64,000 bases of DNA from an uncultured delta proteobacterium (GTDB taxonomy: Bacteria > Desulfobacterota > Binatia > Binatales > Binataceae), in the NCBI GenBank assembly GCA_963842085.1, contig CAWJET010000002.1, positions 480,001-544,000 of the forward strand, written 5' to 3'. How positions within the stretch are numbered: the stretch's first letter is position 1; the number at the start of each line of letters is the position of its first letter. A model generated the notes under the pieces. The model searched no databases, was not told the origin of the DNA, and saw only the letters and a list, made by a program, of their open reading frames with translations. Shown here one piece after another: positions 30,744-40,958 of this stretch. The translations under genes and the position numbers were made by a program.

Positions 30744-31238
30744 CTAGTGCGCCGAATCGAGCAGCTCCTGCAGATTGCTGGTGTCGCCACGCTCGCTCGC
30801 CGTCTCACCGGCGCGGTCGTAGAGCACATTGCCGGCGCGATCGACAACGGCAATCGTTGGGATGTAGCCGTGGTAGTAGCGCGCGATCAAAACTTGCTGC
30901 GCGAGCGACGGATTCCGCAGGTCGACCACGACGAACCGAATCTTGTCCTTGTATCGGGGATAGACTTGCACCAGGCGTTCGGCCTCGCGCGCGGTGTTCC
31001 AGCAGTTCGCGGTGCCGAAAAAGATCACGGTCGCATGGTCGGCGGCGAGCGAACCGTTGGACAGGTTTTTACCCTCGATGGGAAAGTTGGGACTCGAATC
31101 GTCCGAAAAGGAAAGGCCGGGCGCCAGTTTCAAGTCGCTGGCCGACGGACCCTGAACTTCCGCCGCGAATGCGATGGCGAAAATCAGACTTACAACGACG
31201 GAAACAGAAATCGCGAGCGCCTTGATACTCAGCTTCAT
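30744..31238 (-). CDS. Exported thioredoxin-fold protein (TlpA-like, single Cys)
   Basis: Signal peptide; VIFFGTANCWNT, IRFVVVD, YIPTIAVVDRAG (cis-Pro loop). Confidence 0.75.
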   Translation of the reverse strand: MKLSIKALAISVSVVVSLIFAIAFAAEVQGPSASDLKLAPGLSFSDDSSPNFPIEGKNLSNGSLAADHATVIFFGTANCWNTAREAERLVQVYPRYKDKIRFVVVDLRNPSLAQQVLIARYYHGYIPTIAVVDRAGNVLYDRAGETASERGDTSNLQELLDSAH

Positions 31239-31284
31239 ATCACAATAACCGAGCTGCGGGGTTGAATAGTTCCGAGGATGCCCG

Positions 31285-31959
31285 ATGCGAGCTCGAAATA
31301 ACAGTTCACAAAATTCATCGTACGGTCCGCGCGGCTATGGCGCCGAAATCGCGTACGTGGCCACGGATTCGACGCTCGGGCGCCTGCTGGTGGCCGGCAC
31401 GCGTCGCGGGATCTGCTTCGCCGCAATGGGTGATTCGGATCGGATGCTGGTCGCGGAGCTGCGCGGCGACTATCCGCTCGCGACGATTCGGATCTGCGAG
31501 CCGAATCGACGCGAGGATTTGCGCATCGGCCAATGGGCCTATGCGCTCGCGGACTACATAGCAGGCCGCGGGAACCTGCCGACGCCGCCGATGGATATCC
31601 GCGGGACTGCATTTCAGTTCGCTGTGTGGGAGCAGCTTCGCGCGATTCCGGCAGGCGAGACGTGCTCGTATTCCGACATCGCGCGGCGAATCGGACGGCC
31701 GCGCGCCGTCCGCGCGGTCGGCACCGCCAACGGCGCAAACCCGGTAGCGATTGTCATCCCGTGTCATCGCGCGATTCGTGCGTCCGGGCATCTCGGCGGA
31801 TACCGATGGGGGTTGAAGCGGAAGCGGCTGCTGCTCGAGATGGAAAGAAGGTGCCAGCCCCTGCGGATGAGCCAGGGAGGAAAGATAGATGCAGACGAGG
31901 CGTCAAACCGCCCAGCGTGCATCCGGAGCCCGAAGGTCCAAATCCTTCCCGGGTGGTGA
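31285..31959 (+). CDS. Methylated-DNA-protein-cysteine methyltransferase (C-terminal half of Ada / Ogt-like)
   Basis: GTAFQFAVWEQLRAIPAGE, RAVGTANGANP, IPCHR, GGYRWG. Confidence 0.9.
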   Translation: MRARNNSSQNSSYGPRGYGAEIAYVATDSTLGRLLVAGTRRGICFAAMGDSDRMLVAELRGDYPLATIRICEPNRREDLRIGQWAYALADYIAGRGNLPTPPMDIRGTAFQFAVWEQLRAIPAGETCSYSDIARRIGRPRAVRAVGTANGANPVAIVIPCHRAIRASGHLGGYRWGLKRKRLLLEMERRCQPLRMSQGGKIDADEASNRPACIRSPKVQILPGW

Positions 31960-32007
31960 ACCCACGCACTGAAGGTCCAAAACCTTCCGAGCGTGAAGCC
32001 ACGCACT
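31932..32007. repeat. Two imperfect tandem units (~38 bp), each with a GAAGG/CCTTC hairpin
   Basis: gaaggtccaaatccttcc...gtgaacccacgcact then gaaggtccaaaaccttcc...gtgaagccacgcact. Confidence 0.65.
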
Positions 32008-32124
32008 ACGGTGCACGCTGGCCGTGGCCTTTAACTATCACGAGAAATGTTGCTACTGCAAATCCTCGTCCTTCAGCGGACTTGATCGGGCGAGCTAATC
32101 CCTCAGCGCGTCCGGCAGTACGCG

Positions 32125-32835
32125 TCAGATGCCCTGAATCGGAGATGACCAGCGTGAGAATACCGTGTCCGAGATCTTTTCCAGCGACGGTAGGAACTCG
32201 GCCGCCTCAGCGATCATTCGATCGGCGGCGATATTCTCGCGGACTAATTCTTTTGCGAACGCGTTGGCCATCGCGGCTACACCCTCGCGCGTCACCTCGA
32301 AATGAAACTGGAAGCCGTAGGCTTTGTCGCCGTGGCGAAACGCCTGGCACGGCGTCTGGTCCGACGATGCGAGTGAGACCGCGCCCGGCGGCAGATCGAA
32401 GATGTCGCCGTGCCAATGGAACGGCGTCATCGTCGCGGGCAAGCCGCGCATCAGGCGATCATCCTTAGCCGAATCGTGCAGGCGAATCGGATGCCAGCCG
32501 ATTTCCTTGCCGGCGGGGTTGCGATCGACCTTTGCGCCGAGTGCGGCCGCGAGAATCTGCGCGCCCAGGCATACGCCGAGCATCGGCAGATTCGATTTCA
32601 TCGCGTCTTCGATCAGGCGCATCTCGTCGCGCAGCCACGGATAGCGGTCGGTCTGATAGACGCCCATCGGCCCGCCCATGATGACGAGGCCGCCGGCCCC
32701 CTTCATGTTCGCGGGCACGGGCTGGCCGTCGTGAATGCGCACGTATTGCCAGGCGAGCGCGGCGCCCTCGAGCGCGTCGGCGATGGTGCCGAGGTTCTCG
32801 ACCGGGTGATGCTGGAGGACGTAAACCTTCGCCAT
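32125..32835 (-). CDS. Type 1 glutamine amidotransferase (standalone)
   Basis: MGGPMGVY, GVCLGAQ, FHWHGD, QFHFE triad motifs. Confidence 0.9.
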   Translation of the reverse strand: MAKVYVLQHHPVENLGTIADALEGAALAWQYVRIHDGQPVPANMKGAGGLVIMGGPMGVYQTDRYPWLRDEMRLIEDAMKSNLPMLGVCLGAQILAAALGAKVDRNPAGKEIGWHPIRLHDSAKDDRLMRGLPATMTPFHWHGDIFDLPPGAVSLASSDQTPCQAFRHGDKAYGFQFHFEVTREGVAAMANAFAKELVRENIAADRMIAEAAEFLPSLEKISDTVFSRWSSPIQGI

Positions 32836-32840
32836 AGACG

Positions 32841-33896
32841 CTAGAGCAACGTGCCGTGGCGGACGCGGCCGAGATGCGCATAGGCGCGCTGGGTGGCGAC
32901 GCGGCCGCGCGACGTGCGCGCCAGGAATCCCTCCTGCAGCAGGTAGGGTTCGTAAACTTCTTCGATGGTGTCGGACTCCTCGCCGACCGCCGCGGCAAGG
33001 CTCTCGACGCCGACGGGACCGCCGTCGAACTTGTCGATGATCGCGCCGAGTATCGCGCGGTCCATCTTGTCGAAACCGGCGGTGTCGATTTCGAGGAGCT
33101 CGAGCGCGGCCAGCGCGATTTCGCGGGTGACGACCGGCGCTTCGTTGACCTGCGCGAAATCGCGCACGCGGCGCAGCAGGCGGTTGGCGATTCGCGGCGT
33201 GCCGCGCGAGCGCGATGCGAGTTCATGCGCCCCAGCCTCGTCGATTTCTACGTTCAACAGCGCCGCGGAGCGGCGGACAATCTCGCCCAGCTCGGCGTGA
33301 TTGTAAAAGTCCAGATGGAAATGCTGTCCGAAGCGGTCGCGCAGCGGCGAGCTGAGCAGGCCCGAGCGCGTGGTCGCGCCGACCAGCGTGAACGGATTCA
33401 CCGACAGCTTCATCGTGCGCGCGCCCATCCCCTCGCCCACCACGATGTGAAATTCGAAATCCTCCATCGCGGAGTAAAGCCGCTCCTCGACGACGCGCTG
33501 CAGGCGATGAATCTCGTCGATAAAGAGCACGTCGTGCTCTTCTAGGTTGTTCACGATCGCGGCGAGGTCGGCCGCGCGCTCGATCGCGGGACCGGAGGTG
33601 ACGTGGACGTTGACGCCGAGCTCGCGCGCGATGATGTGCGCGAGCGAGGTCTTGCCGAGGCCGGGCGGTCCCGCGAACAGCACGTGATCGAGCACCTCGG
33701 CGCGGCCGCGGGCCGCGGTGATCGACATGCCGAGAATTTTCTTGGTGCGCTCCTGTCCGATGAACTCGGCGAGCGCGCGCGGTCGCAGCGCGAGATCGAG
33801 CCGACGATCGTCCTCGTGGCCGACGCGCGCGGCGAGCCGTCCTTCCGCGGCAGGCGCTTCCGCACGGGCATCTTCGCGAGAGTTATTTTTCGCCAA
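32841..33896 (-). CDS. ruvB: Holliday junction branch migration helicase RuvB
   Basis: [42 protein letters not shown]. Confidence 0.98.
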   Translation of the reverse strand: MAKNNSREDARAEAPAAEGRLAARVGHEDDRRLDLALRPRALAEFIGQERTKKILGMSITAARGRAEVLDHVLFAGPPGLGKTSLAHIIARELGVNVHVTSGPAIERAADLAAIVNNLEEHDVLFIDEIHRLQRVVEERLYSAMEDFEFHIVVGEGMGARTMKLSVNPFTLVGATTRSGLLSSPLRDRFGQHFHLDFYNHAELGEIVRRSAALLNVEIDEAGAHELASRSRGTPRIANRLLRRVRDFAQVNEAPVVTREIALAALELLEIDTAGFDKMDRAILGAIIDKFDGGPVGVESLAAAVGEESDTIEEVYEPYLLQEGFLARTSRGRVATQRAYAHLGRVRHGTLL

Positions 33897-34524
33897 GCAG
33901 CACCGCCAATGACTTGCGGATTATCACTTCGGGATTCTCCGCGGCGCCGGCGTCCGCGGCAATGACCGCATCCACGGTGCGCTTCGCTTCAACCGGCTTC
34001 ATGCCGAGATTCACGAGCGCGGAGACTGCTTCGTCCGCAGGACCCGCCGGTCGTCCATTGCCGTCAGGCACGGGGCGCAGATGACCGTTGGAAGCGCTAG
34101 TGGACGGTGCCGCCATTTTGAGTTCGGCGACTTTGTCGCGCAGTTCGCGCACGACCCGCTCCGCCACCTTGGGACCGACGCCGGGCACCGCGTCGATTCG
34201 CTCGATGTCGCCCTTGCCGATTGCGGCGACCAGTTCTTCGGGCGCGAGCACCGAGAGGATCGCGAGCGCCAGCTTGGGCCCGACGTGTTGCACGCTCATC
34301 AGCAGGTCGAAGGCGCGCTTTTCGGTTGCGCTGGAAAAGCCGTAGAGCGTGAGCGCGTCCTCGCGCACGACCTGGCGAATTTCGAGCGCGACGCGCTCGC
34401 CGATACCGGGCAAGCGGTAGTAGGTGCTCAGCGGGATCAGCACTTCGTAGCCGACGCCGCCGGTCTCGACCACGATGCGGCCCGCGTCGCGAGCAACCAG
34501 CGTGCCTGAGAGCGACGCAATCAT
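33883..34524 (-). CDS. ruvA: Holliday junction DNA-binding protein RuvA
   Basis: [36 protein letters not shown]; start set at 34524. Confidence 0.96.
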   Translation of the reverse strand: MIASLSGTLVARDAGRIVVETGGVGYEVLIPLSTYYRLPGIGERVALEIRQVVREDALTLYGFSSATEKRAFDLLMSVQHVGPKLALAILSVLAPEELVAAIGKGDIERIDAVPGVGPKVAERVVRELRDKVAELKMAAPSTSASNGHLRPVPDGNGRPAGPADEAVSALVNLGMKPVEAKRTVDAVIAADAGAAENPEVIIRKSLAVLLGEK

Positions 34525-35072
34525 TGCGGCACCATCCGGGGTTTGCGCGGACGCGTCGCAGGCGGACGAAAGCGTTCGACCGCGTCGACGAGATTGGGGA
34601 TGCGTCCGCGGCCGAGATGACACAGCGCGAGCGCGAGCGCGTCGGCGGCGTCGTCGGCGAGATCGATGCCAGGATCGAGCTTCAGCGTCTTGCGCACCAT
34701 GTACTTCACCTGCGCCTTGTCGGCGTGTCCATGGCCGGCGACGCAGAGCTTAACTTCGTTGGGCGGATATTCGTACATCGCGAGGCCGCGCTCCGCCGCC
34801 GCTAGCATCGCCATCGCCCGCGCCTCGCCGAGGCGAAACGCACTTTGCACGTTGGCGGCGACAAAGTGGCGTTCGAGGCTTAGCGCTGTGGGCGAGAACT
34901 CGTCGATGACGGCGAGCAGAGCTTGGTGGATGCGGTGCAATCGCGCGGCCCCCGGCGCGAGCGACGCGCATCGAATCGTCCCCGCGGTCACGTAGTGTGC
35001 GCCTCCGTCCGGGCCTTGCACGACGCCGAAACCGCATACCGCACTCCCGGGATCCACCCCGAGTATCCGCAT
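34521..35072 (-). CDS. ruvC: Crossover junction endodeoxyribonuclease RuvC
   Basis: MRILGVDPG, LGEARA, GHADKAQV, DDAADALALALCH; start set at 35072. Confidence 0.96.
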   Translation of the reverse strand: MRILGVDPGSAVCGFGVVQGPDGGAHYVTAGTIRCASLAPGAARLHRIHQALLAVIDEFSPTALSLERHFVAANVQSAFRLGEARAMAMLAAAERGLAMYEYPPNEVKLCVAGHGHADKAQVKYMVRKTLKLDPGIDLADDAADALALALCHLGRGRIPNLVDAVERFRPPATRPRKPRMVPQ

Positions 35073-35103
35073 ACCCCACCTCCACTTGCAGAACCCGCGC
35101 GGA

Positions 35104-35856
35104 CTACGCCGCCGAGAACTGCGCCATCTCTTCATCGCTGATGTCGAAGTTGGCGGCGACGTGTTGCACGTCGTCGTGATCCTCGAGTTCTTCCATCAGC
35201 TTGAGCACCTGCCCAGCCGCGTGGCCGGAAACTGCGACCGTATTTTCGGGAATCCGCGCTTGCTCCGAATGCGCGATCGCGAGTCCGGCTTTCTCCAGCG
35301 CGTCGCGCACGGCGTTCAGTTTGTCCGGCGAAGTGAGGACCTGGAACATGTCGCCGTCGCTGGTGACGTCGTCGGCGCCGGCGTCGAGCGCGAGTTCGAG
35401 CAGCTTGTCTTCGTCGATGGCGGATTTTTCGATTCCGATCACGCCGCGCTTCTTGAACATCCAGCCGACGCATCCGGCCTCGCCCAGGTTGCCGCCATGC
35501 CGCGAGAAGATGAAGCGCATTTCCGCGACGGTGCGATTGCGATTGTCCGAGAGCACGTCGACCATGATCGCGACGCCGCCGGGGCCGTAGCCTTCGTAGG
35601 TGATTTCCTCGAGCGATGCGCCGCCGATTTCGCCGGTGCCCTTCTTGATCGCGCGATCGATGTTGTCGTTGGGCATCGACTGTTTCTTGGCGACCGTCAC
35701 TGCGGTGCGCAGGCGCGGGTTGGAATTGATATCGCCGCCGCCGAGCCGCGCCGCGATCGTGATTTCCTTGATCAGCTTGGTGAAGACGCGGCCGCGCTTC
35801 GAGTCGGTGATCGCCTTCTTATGCTTGATCGAGCTCCATTTCGAATGACCCGACAT
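35104..35856 (-). CDS. yebC: YebC/PmpR family protein
   Basis: [34 protein letters not shown]. Confidence 0.96.
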   Translation of the reverse strand: MSGHSKWSSIKHKKAITDSKRGRVFTKLIKEITIAARLGGGDINSNPRLRTAVTVAKKQSMPNDNIDRAIKKGTGEIGGASLEEITYEGYGPGGVAIMVDVLSDNRNRTVAEMRFIFSRHGGNLGEAGCVGWMFKKRGVIGIEKSAIDEDKLLELALDAGADDVTSDGDMFQVLTSPDKLNAVRDALEKAGLAIAHSEQARIPENTVAVSGHAAGQVLKLMEELEDHDDVQHVAANFDISDEEMAQFSAA

Positions 35857-36044
35857 GGCAACTACCCTCGAACGGGACAACCCTGCAGGCGGGTCCCTGA
35901 CGCAGACGAGATTACCATAAAGATCCGTAGAAGGGGGAATGGCTTGGAGGCGATAGCGTTGCCACGGGCGAGTGTGAAAAACTTGGACTTGCCCCGCTCC
36001 GCATCTGTTATCACGCGGTCGCGAACGATCCGACGAACGGGGCG

Positions 36045-36743
36045 ATGTGTGCAGTGAAACTTTCGATTCCAGGCCTGATTGCGCTGCTGTTTGTCGCTGG
36101 ATGCTTCTATCCGCCGGTTACGCAGCCGCCGCCCGACGCACAGCAGCAAGTGGTGATTCCGCTGCCGTACGATCTGGCGTGGGACGCGGTGAACGGCGTT
36201 ATCACACAGAATTCGTTCCACGTGCAGGCGCAGGACATGACCAACGGGATCATCGAAGCGGTCGGCCCGCGCTTCACGTTGCGCGACGCCGACTGCGGAA
36301 AGATAAAGAGCATCGCCGGCGCCTACACCGCCGAACCGGAGCCGGACTCCTCGTCGGTGTACAACTTCCTGGTGAGGCCGCGGGGACCGGAGGCGAGCCT
36401 GGTCGAGGTGCGCGCCACGTTCAACTCGGCGGTCAAGGTCCCGCTGCACCCGGCCACCGACGTCGATTGCGTGTCGCATGGAATCCAGGAGTCGAATCTG
36501 CTCCGCGAAGTGCTGGTCCAGGCGAAGAAGACGCATCGCCCGGTATTCGCCAAGCCGAGCGGCTCGCCGCAACAGGCAGCGTCGTCGGCGAGCATCCAAC
36601 CGTCGGCGCCGGCGACGGGGCAGAATAGAGCCGGGCCGCCGTCGTCGATTGACAGAACTGAATCGCCCGCGAACATATCGACTTCGATGCATGGATTTTC
36701 GCTTGGCGGGAATCTTAATCTGCCGGCGCCTCCGCCGCAGTAA
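36045..36743 (+). CDS. Hypothetical lipoprotein (possible BamC/DUF3568-like domain, Pro/Ser-rich tail)
   Basis: Lipobox LFVAG-C; PYDLAWDAV...QDMTNGII pattern; start probably GTG 36054. Confidence 0.72.
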   Translation: MCAVKLSIPGLIALLFVAGCFYPPVTQPPPDAQQQVVIPLPYDLAWDAVNGVITQNSFHVQAQDMTNGIIEAVGPRFTLRDADCGKIKSIAGAYTAEPEPDSSSVYNFLVRPRGPEASLVEVRATFNSAVKVPLHPATDVDCVSHGIQESNLLREVLVQAKKTHRPVFAKPSGSPQQAASSASIQPSAPATGQNRAGPPSSIDRTESPANISTSMHGFSLGGNLNLPAPPPQ

Positions 36744-36782
36744 ACCAGGACACTTGCGGGCTTGACATTTCTTTCGTCCGGG

Positions 36783-36817
36783 GTGAAACCGGGGGCAGGG
36801 GCCAGCCCCTGCACCCA
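36783..36817. repeat. Palindromic REP-like unit (GGGCAGGGG-n-CCCCTGCACCCA), copy 2
   Basis: gtgaaaccgggggcaggggccagcccctgcaccca. Confidence 0.55.
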
Positions 36818-36887
36818 AGTCAGGAGTCGGCTCCGTTGTCGCCGACGTTTGCTTGCGGATCTGATCGTTTCTACTGAGAGGAATGCT

Positions 36888-37970
36888 ATGAAAGGTCGCG
36901 TCGCGTTTATCCCCGCTGCACACAAAATTGAATTTCACGAGTACGACGTGCCGGCGCCTGCGACTGGCGGACTGGTCGCGTCGGTCACGCAGACCAACGT
37001 GTGCGGTTCCGAAGTGCATATGTGGAAGGGCGAGTTCGGGCGCCGGGGCGTGATGCCGGGGCATGAGATGAGCGGGCGAATCGAGGCGCTGGGCGCGGGT
37101 GTGCGAACGGATTGGGCGGGCGTGCCGGTCACGGAGGGCGATCGAATCGCGCCGGTTTACTACACGGTCTGCAATCGATGCGCGAACTGCGTGAGCGGGA
37201 ATCATGCGGCATGCACCGCCAAGACGCTCGGCGCGCGGCATCCCGACGAGCCGCCGCATTTCACGGCCACCTTCGCGACGCATTACGTGGTGAAGCCCGA
37301 GCAGCACTTTTATCGCGTGCCCGACAACGTGCCGGACCTGGTCGCGTCCTCGGCGAATTGCGCGATGTCGCAGGTGTTCTGGAGTCTCGATCGAGCGCGT
37401 CTGGCTTACGGCGAGACGTTGATGGTGCTCGGCGCCGGAGGACTCGGGCTGCATGCGATGGCGATCGCGAAGGCGCGCGGCGCGCGCGTGATCGCGGTCG
37501 ACGGCGTGGATTTGCGGCTGCGCGAGGCGCGGCGATTCGGGGCCGACGAGACCGTCGATATGCGCGAGCACCCCGACGCCGAAGCTCGCGACAAGCGCGT
37601 GCGCGAGCTATGCGCCGGATGGCCCGACGTAGTGCTGGAAGTGGCGGGAGTGCCCGAGGCGTTCAGCGAAGCGCTCCGGATGGTGCGCATAGGAGGGCGC
37701 GTGATCGAAGTCGGGAACATCTCGTCGGGCTTGACCCTGCAACTGGCGCCGTCCGTGATCACGTTCAAGTCGTTGGAAATTATTGGCGTGGCGACCTATC
37801 CGCCGCACTACCTGAAGAAGTCGCTGGACTTCCTGGCCGCGAATATTGACCGCCTGCCCTACCGCGAGATGTGCGACGCGACGTTCCCGCTCTCACGAGC
37901 AGCGGAGGCGCTGGATAAAAGTGAGCGCCGCGAAGTCACGCGCGCAGGATTGCTGCCTGAACGCGATTAG
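36888..37970 (+). CDS. Zinc-binding alcohol dehydrogenase family protein
   Basis: VCGSEVH, GHEMSG, CNRCANC...C structural Zn site, GAGGLG; start set at ATG 36888 after GAGAGGA. Confidence 0.92.
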   Translation: MKGRVAFIPAAHKIEFHEYDVPAPATGGLVASVTQTNVCGSEVHMWKGEFGRRGVMPGHEMSGRIEALGAGVRTDWAGVPVTEGDRIAPVYYTVCNRCANCVSGNHAACTAKTLGARHPDEPPHFTATFATHYVVKPEQHFYRVPDNVPDLVASSANCAMSQVFWSLDRARLAYGETLMVLGAGGLGLHAMAIAKARGARVIAVDGVDLRLREARRFGADETVDMREHPDAEARDKRVRELCAGWPDVVLEVAGVPEAFSEALRMVRIGGRVIEVGNISSGLTLQLAPSVITFKSLEIIGVATYPPHYLKKSLDFLAANIDRLPYREMCDATFPLSRAAEALDKSERREVTRAGLLPERD

Positions 37971-37976
37971 CCATTT

Positions 37977-38162
37977 CCCCCTCTCCCTGCAAGAACCTTG
38001 GCATAACAAGCGCGCGACGCTTTCTTCCCCTCTCCCTTCATGGGAGAGGGGAAGAAAGGATGGAGAACGGAGAAACGGATCCGGGATTCTACGGCTGATC
38101 GCCTTCAGAATGACAAAATCAACGCGACCAGAGCGACGGCGCGACGCCTTCAGAATGACAAA
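37977..38162. repeat. Intergenic repeat cluster between convergent genes
   Basis: cccctctccc-ttcat-gggagagggg hairpin plus two cgccttcagaatgacaaa units. Confidence 0.65.
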
Positions 38163-38174
38163 GGATGATCCCGC

Positions 38175-40188
38175 CTAGCCGGCGTGGTCGGGGATTAGTG
38201 CTTCGGCGGGGACGATTTCGTTGTCCGAGGCGCCGGGGAGTTTCCAGTAGAGGTGCAGGTAGGAGCCGCCGCCGATGTTTCGCTCGCCAACCTCGATGCG
38301 ATGCGGGCCTTCGGTGAGGTGGATGCGGCCGGCGTCGTGGCTCTTGTTGATCAGGCCGGGATCGCGAATCACCTGCGTGTCGTCGACGGTGACCCATCCG
38401 GAGTCGTCAACGTCGATGGTGAACTCGTAGTCGCCGGTTTTTGGCGCGAGCAGAGTGCCGCGCCAGATGTCGCACGACGGAAACGGCATCGCGCCCATCT
38501 CGGCAATATCATTGAAGTTCAGTTGCGGGTCGACTCGCACGATATGTGGCGCGGTCTCGCCGCATTGGTCGCCGACGTAGTATCTGCCGAGCAAGCCATG
38601 TCGACCGCACTGCACAAACGGCTGCATGATTCGCTGATTCATCGAGAGCAGGAAGACCGACGCGATCCCCGCCGTCACGGCGGTTTGCGTCAGGCGGCGC
38701 GACACGCCATCGCCCCAGAGCCCGAGAGTTTCCGACAGATCGAACGAGCCGAAAATCCAGAACACCGCCAGCGGCCAGAGCTGGAATGGGCCGGGCAGTC
38801 CGACGAGCTTGCCGAGGTTGAAGGCGACGGAGTCGCCGACGATCATGCCGCCGCCGAAGAATGCGTCGCGGTTGGTGGCGAAGTCGCCGCGCATGAATTG
38901 TTGCAGCGCAAAGTCGCGCACCGGGTTGTCATATTCGTAGGGAAAATGCGGATTGGTCGCGGTCGCCATCAGCATGATCGCGGCCGACAGCGCGCCGGTC
39001 GCACCCAGCAGCCAGTTGCAGGCGGCGGGAAGAAAAGCGAGCGCCAGGACCATGAATGGAACCGAGGCGACGATTTGCCGCGGGCCGGTCGCGGTGCCGC
39101 CGCCCCACGATACGATCGATTCGCCGTATGAGGCGTTGAACAGGAACAACACGACGAACGAATAGACCGTGACGACGAATTCGGCGCGCCATCGCTTGAG
39201 CCGCGCGAAATAGCCGACGCCGACAATCGACAGCAGCAGAACCGGATTGCAGAAGAACAACCCCGTTGCGGATCGAGCAGTACGTTCCACAGAATCCGCA
39301 TCTTCGGATAGGTCAAGCCGACGAAGCCGACCGCCTGCTCCGGGAATTGGCGATTCTCGGCGGGCGAGAGCTTGAATGCCTGATAACTGAAGAAGAACGG
39401 ATTGCCGAAGGCGCCCCAGTTGTAGGCGAGCATGATCGCGACTGTGATTGCGGCGCCGGCCGAAAACGCCGCCAGGCTCGTCGAATCGCGCAGCTTAAAC
39501 AGAGCGTAAACGCCGATCGCCGCGGCGACCAGCAGGACCGGATAATCGTTGAGCACGGCCCATCCCGCCAGAAAGCCGGCGGCAAACGCGCGCGCCGGCG
39601 ACGGGCGGGTGTCGAAGGTCGCCAGCAGGTAGAACGCGCTGAAGACGCATACCGCGGCGACCGGTTCGCCGGTGAGCTCGGTCGCGTACGGAAACGCGAT
39701 CGTCGCAAGCCCGAGAATCAGCGCGACGCCGGACGCGCGGCCCTCCGACGCGCCCAGGAATCGCGCGAAGCGAAACATGACGACGCACAGCGCCGAGACA
39801 AGCAACCCGGTCGTGAACACCGTCGTCAGGTATGTGACAAACGCCCAGTACAGCGGCTCATGAGCCGCGCTCATCGGCAGCAGCGCGATTCGGAAAACCA
39901 CCCACGGGATCAACGCGGTATAGGACGTGCCGGGCGCCTTGACGGAATAAATGTGGCCGTGAAGGGTGACGATGTCGCGGTGTTGAAGCCGCAAAAATCG
40001 TTGATCCACAGCGCTCCCTTCTCGATCATCGAGCGCATCAGGTCGAAGCGGCACGCGACGCTCTGGTCGGCGGCCTGGTAAAAGTAGGCGTAGGTGATGA
40101 ACGGGATGAGGAAGAGCGCCGCCTCTATTTGCCGGATGCGATCCTCGGGAGCAGGCGCGCGGCGGGAATTCGGAGCGGCCCACTTCAT
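38175..40188 (-). pseudogene. Multi-TM GT-C-like membrane protein with C-terminal PA14 domain; two frameshifts (real or assembly error)
   Basis: Three consecutive frames join into one protein: MKWAAP...FNTA / DIVTLHGHIYSVKAPG...DPQRG / LFFCNP...GLLGRYY...VDDSGWVTVD...LYWKLPG; apparent single-base deletions near 39978 and in the G run at 39261-39264. Confidence 0.72.
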
Positions 40189-40958
40189 CGTTTGTGCGAA
40201 CGCCCCGACATGGCGGCGCGAAGCGGATTGAAGATGCGAAAGTCGTCGTCGCCGAATATGCGCCAACCCACCCACGCGGTCCCTGCCAGCGCCGCGAACG
40301 TGAACACCAGCGAGATTGGCGAGCCGATCGGCTTGGGAGCACCCTGTTGCCGAATCGCCATCAAGTCGTAAGTGGGAGTCGCGCTCGGCGGCGGGGCGTC
40401 AATCTTCACCAGCGACGCATTTCTGAAAAATGCTTTGCCGGTGTTGAGGCTGCCGAATCCCCCCACCCGCAGCGCTACGTCGATGTCGGCGCCGTGTCCG
40501 CCGACCTTGAGATACAGCGTCACACGCTGCCAGTCGGTGGTGCCGTGGATATCGGCGGACATGATGCCGTCTTCCATGACCGAGATCGACGCGCCGGATT
40601 CCTTGGCGCCGACGTTTTCAGTGCGGAGATCGACGCTGAGTTGATACCATCCGGGCGCCAGGGTAAGCGGCTGCATCCAGCGCCCGTCGTTGGCCTGAAG
40701 GTTGTCAACCTCGAGTTCGCAGGGCTTATCGGTGTACGAATGCCAATGGGTCTGGAACGCTTCGGGATTGTTAATCCAGGCCTCGGTACGCCACGAATCC
40801 GGCTGATCTTCGGAGCCCTTGGCGAAGTCGCCGTTGAGCAGCAGGTTTTTTTGCTCGGCGGCGGCGCGACAGGGCGTGGATGCGGCGGCCAGTATCGCGC
40901 AAAGAAAAACTGCGCAGAGCAGGCTCGCGTGGCGACGCGAACGCGGGCAGGCAATCAT
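40185..40958 (-). CDS. Exported carbohydrate-binding (CBM4/9-like) domain protein with C-terminal membrane anchor
   Basis: Signal-like leader, KNLLLNGDF, beta-rich body with GTTDWQRVTL, C-terminal TM helix; ATGA overlaps at both ends fix the start at 40958. Confidence 0.78.
   Translation of the reverse strand: MIACPRSRRHASLLCAVFLCAILAAASTPCRAAAEQKNLLLNGDFAKGSEDQPDSWRTEAWINNPEAFQTHWHSYTDKPCELEVDNLQANDGRWMQPLTLAPGWYQLSVDLRTENVGAKESGASISVMEDGIMSADIHGTTDWQRVTLYLKVGGHGADIDVALRVGGFGSLNTGKAFFRNASLVKIDAPPPSATPTYDLMAIRQQGAPKPIGSPISLVFTFAALAGTAWVGWRIFGDDDFRIFNPLRAAMSGRSHKR

Noticed and set aside
31285-31959. Idea that the Ada-like module in PyrB is the missing N-terminus of this truncated Ada
   Set aside because: The loci are 27 kb apart, the PyrB module lacks the Cys ligands, and nothing in the sequence links them.
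31932-32007. Two hairpin repeats as possible CRISPR
   Set aside because: Only two units, the intervening sequences are near-identical, no cas genes.
35862-37571. 569-aa minus-strand ORF
   Set aside because: Arg-rich antisense shadow of the lipoprotein and Zn-dehydrogenase genes, typical of high-GC DNA; no motifs.
39255-39985. Programmed ribosomal frameshifting in the PA14 membrane gene
   Set aside because: No slippery heptamer or stimulatory structure seen, and two separate shifts would be needed.
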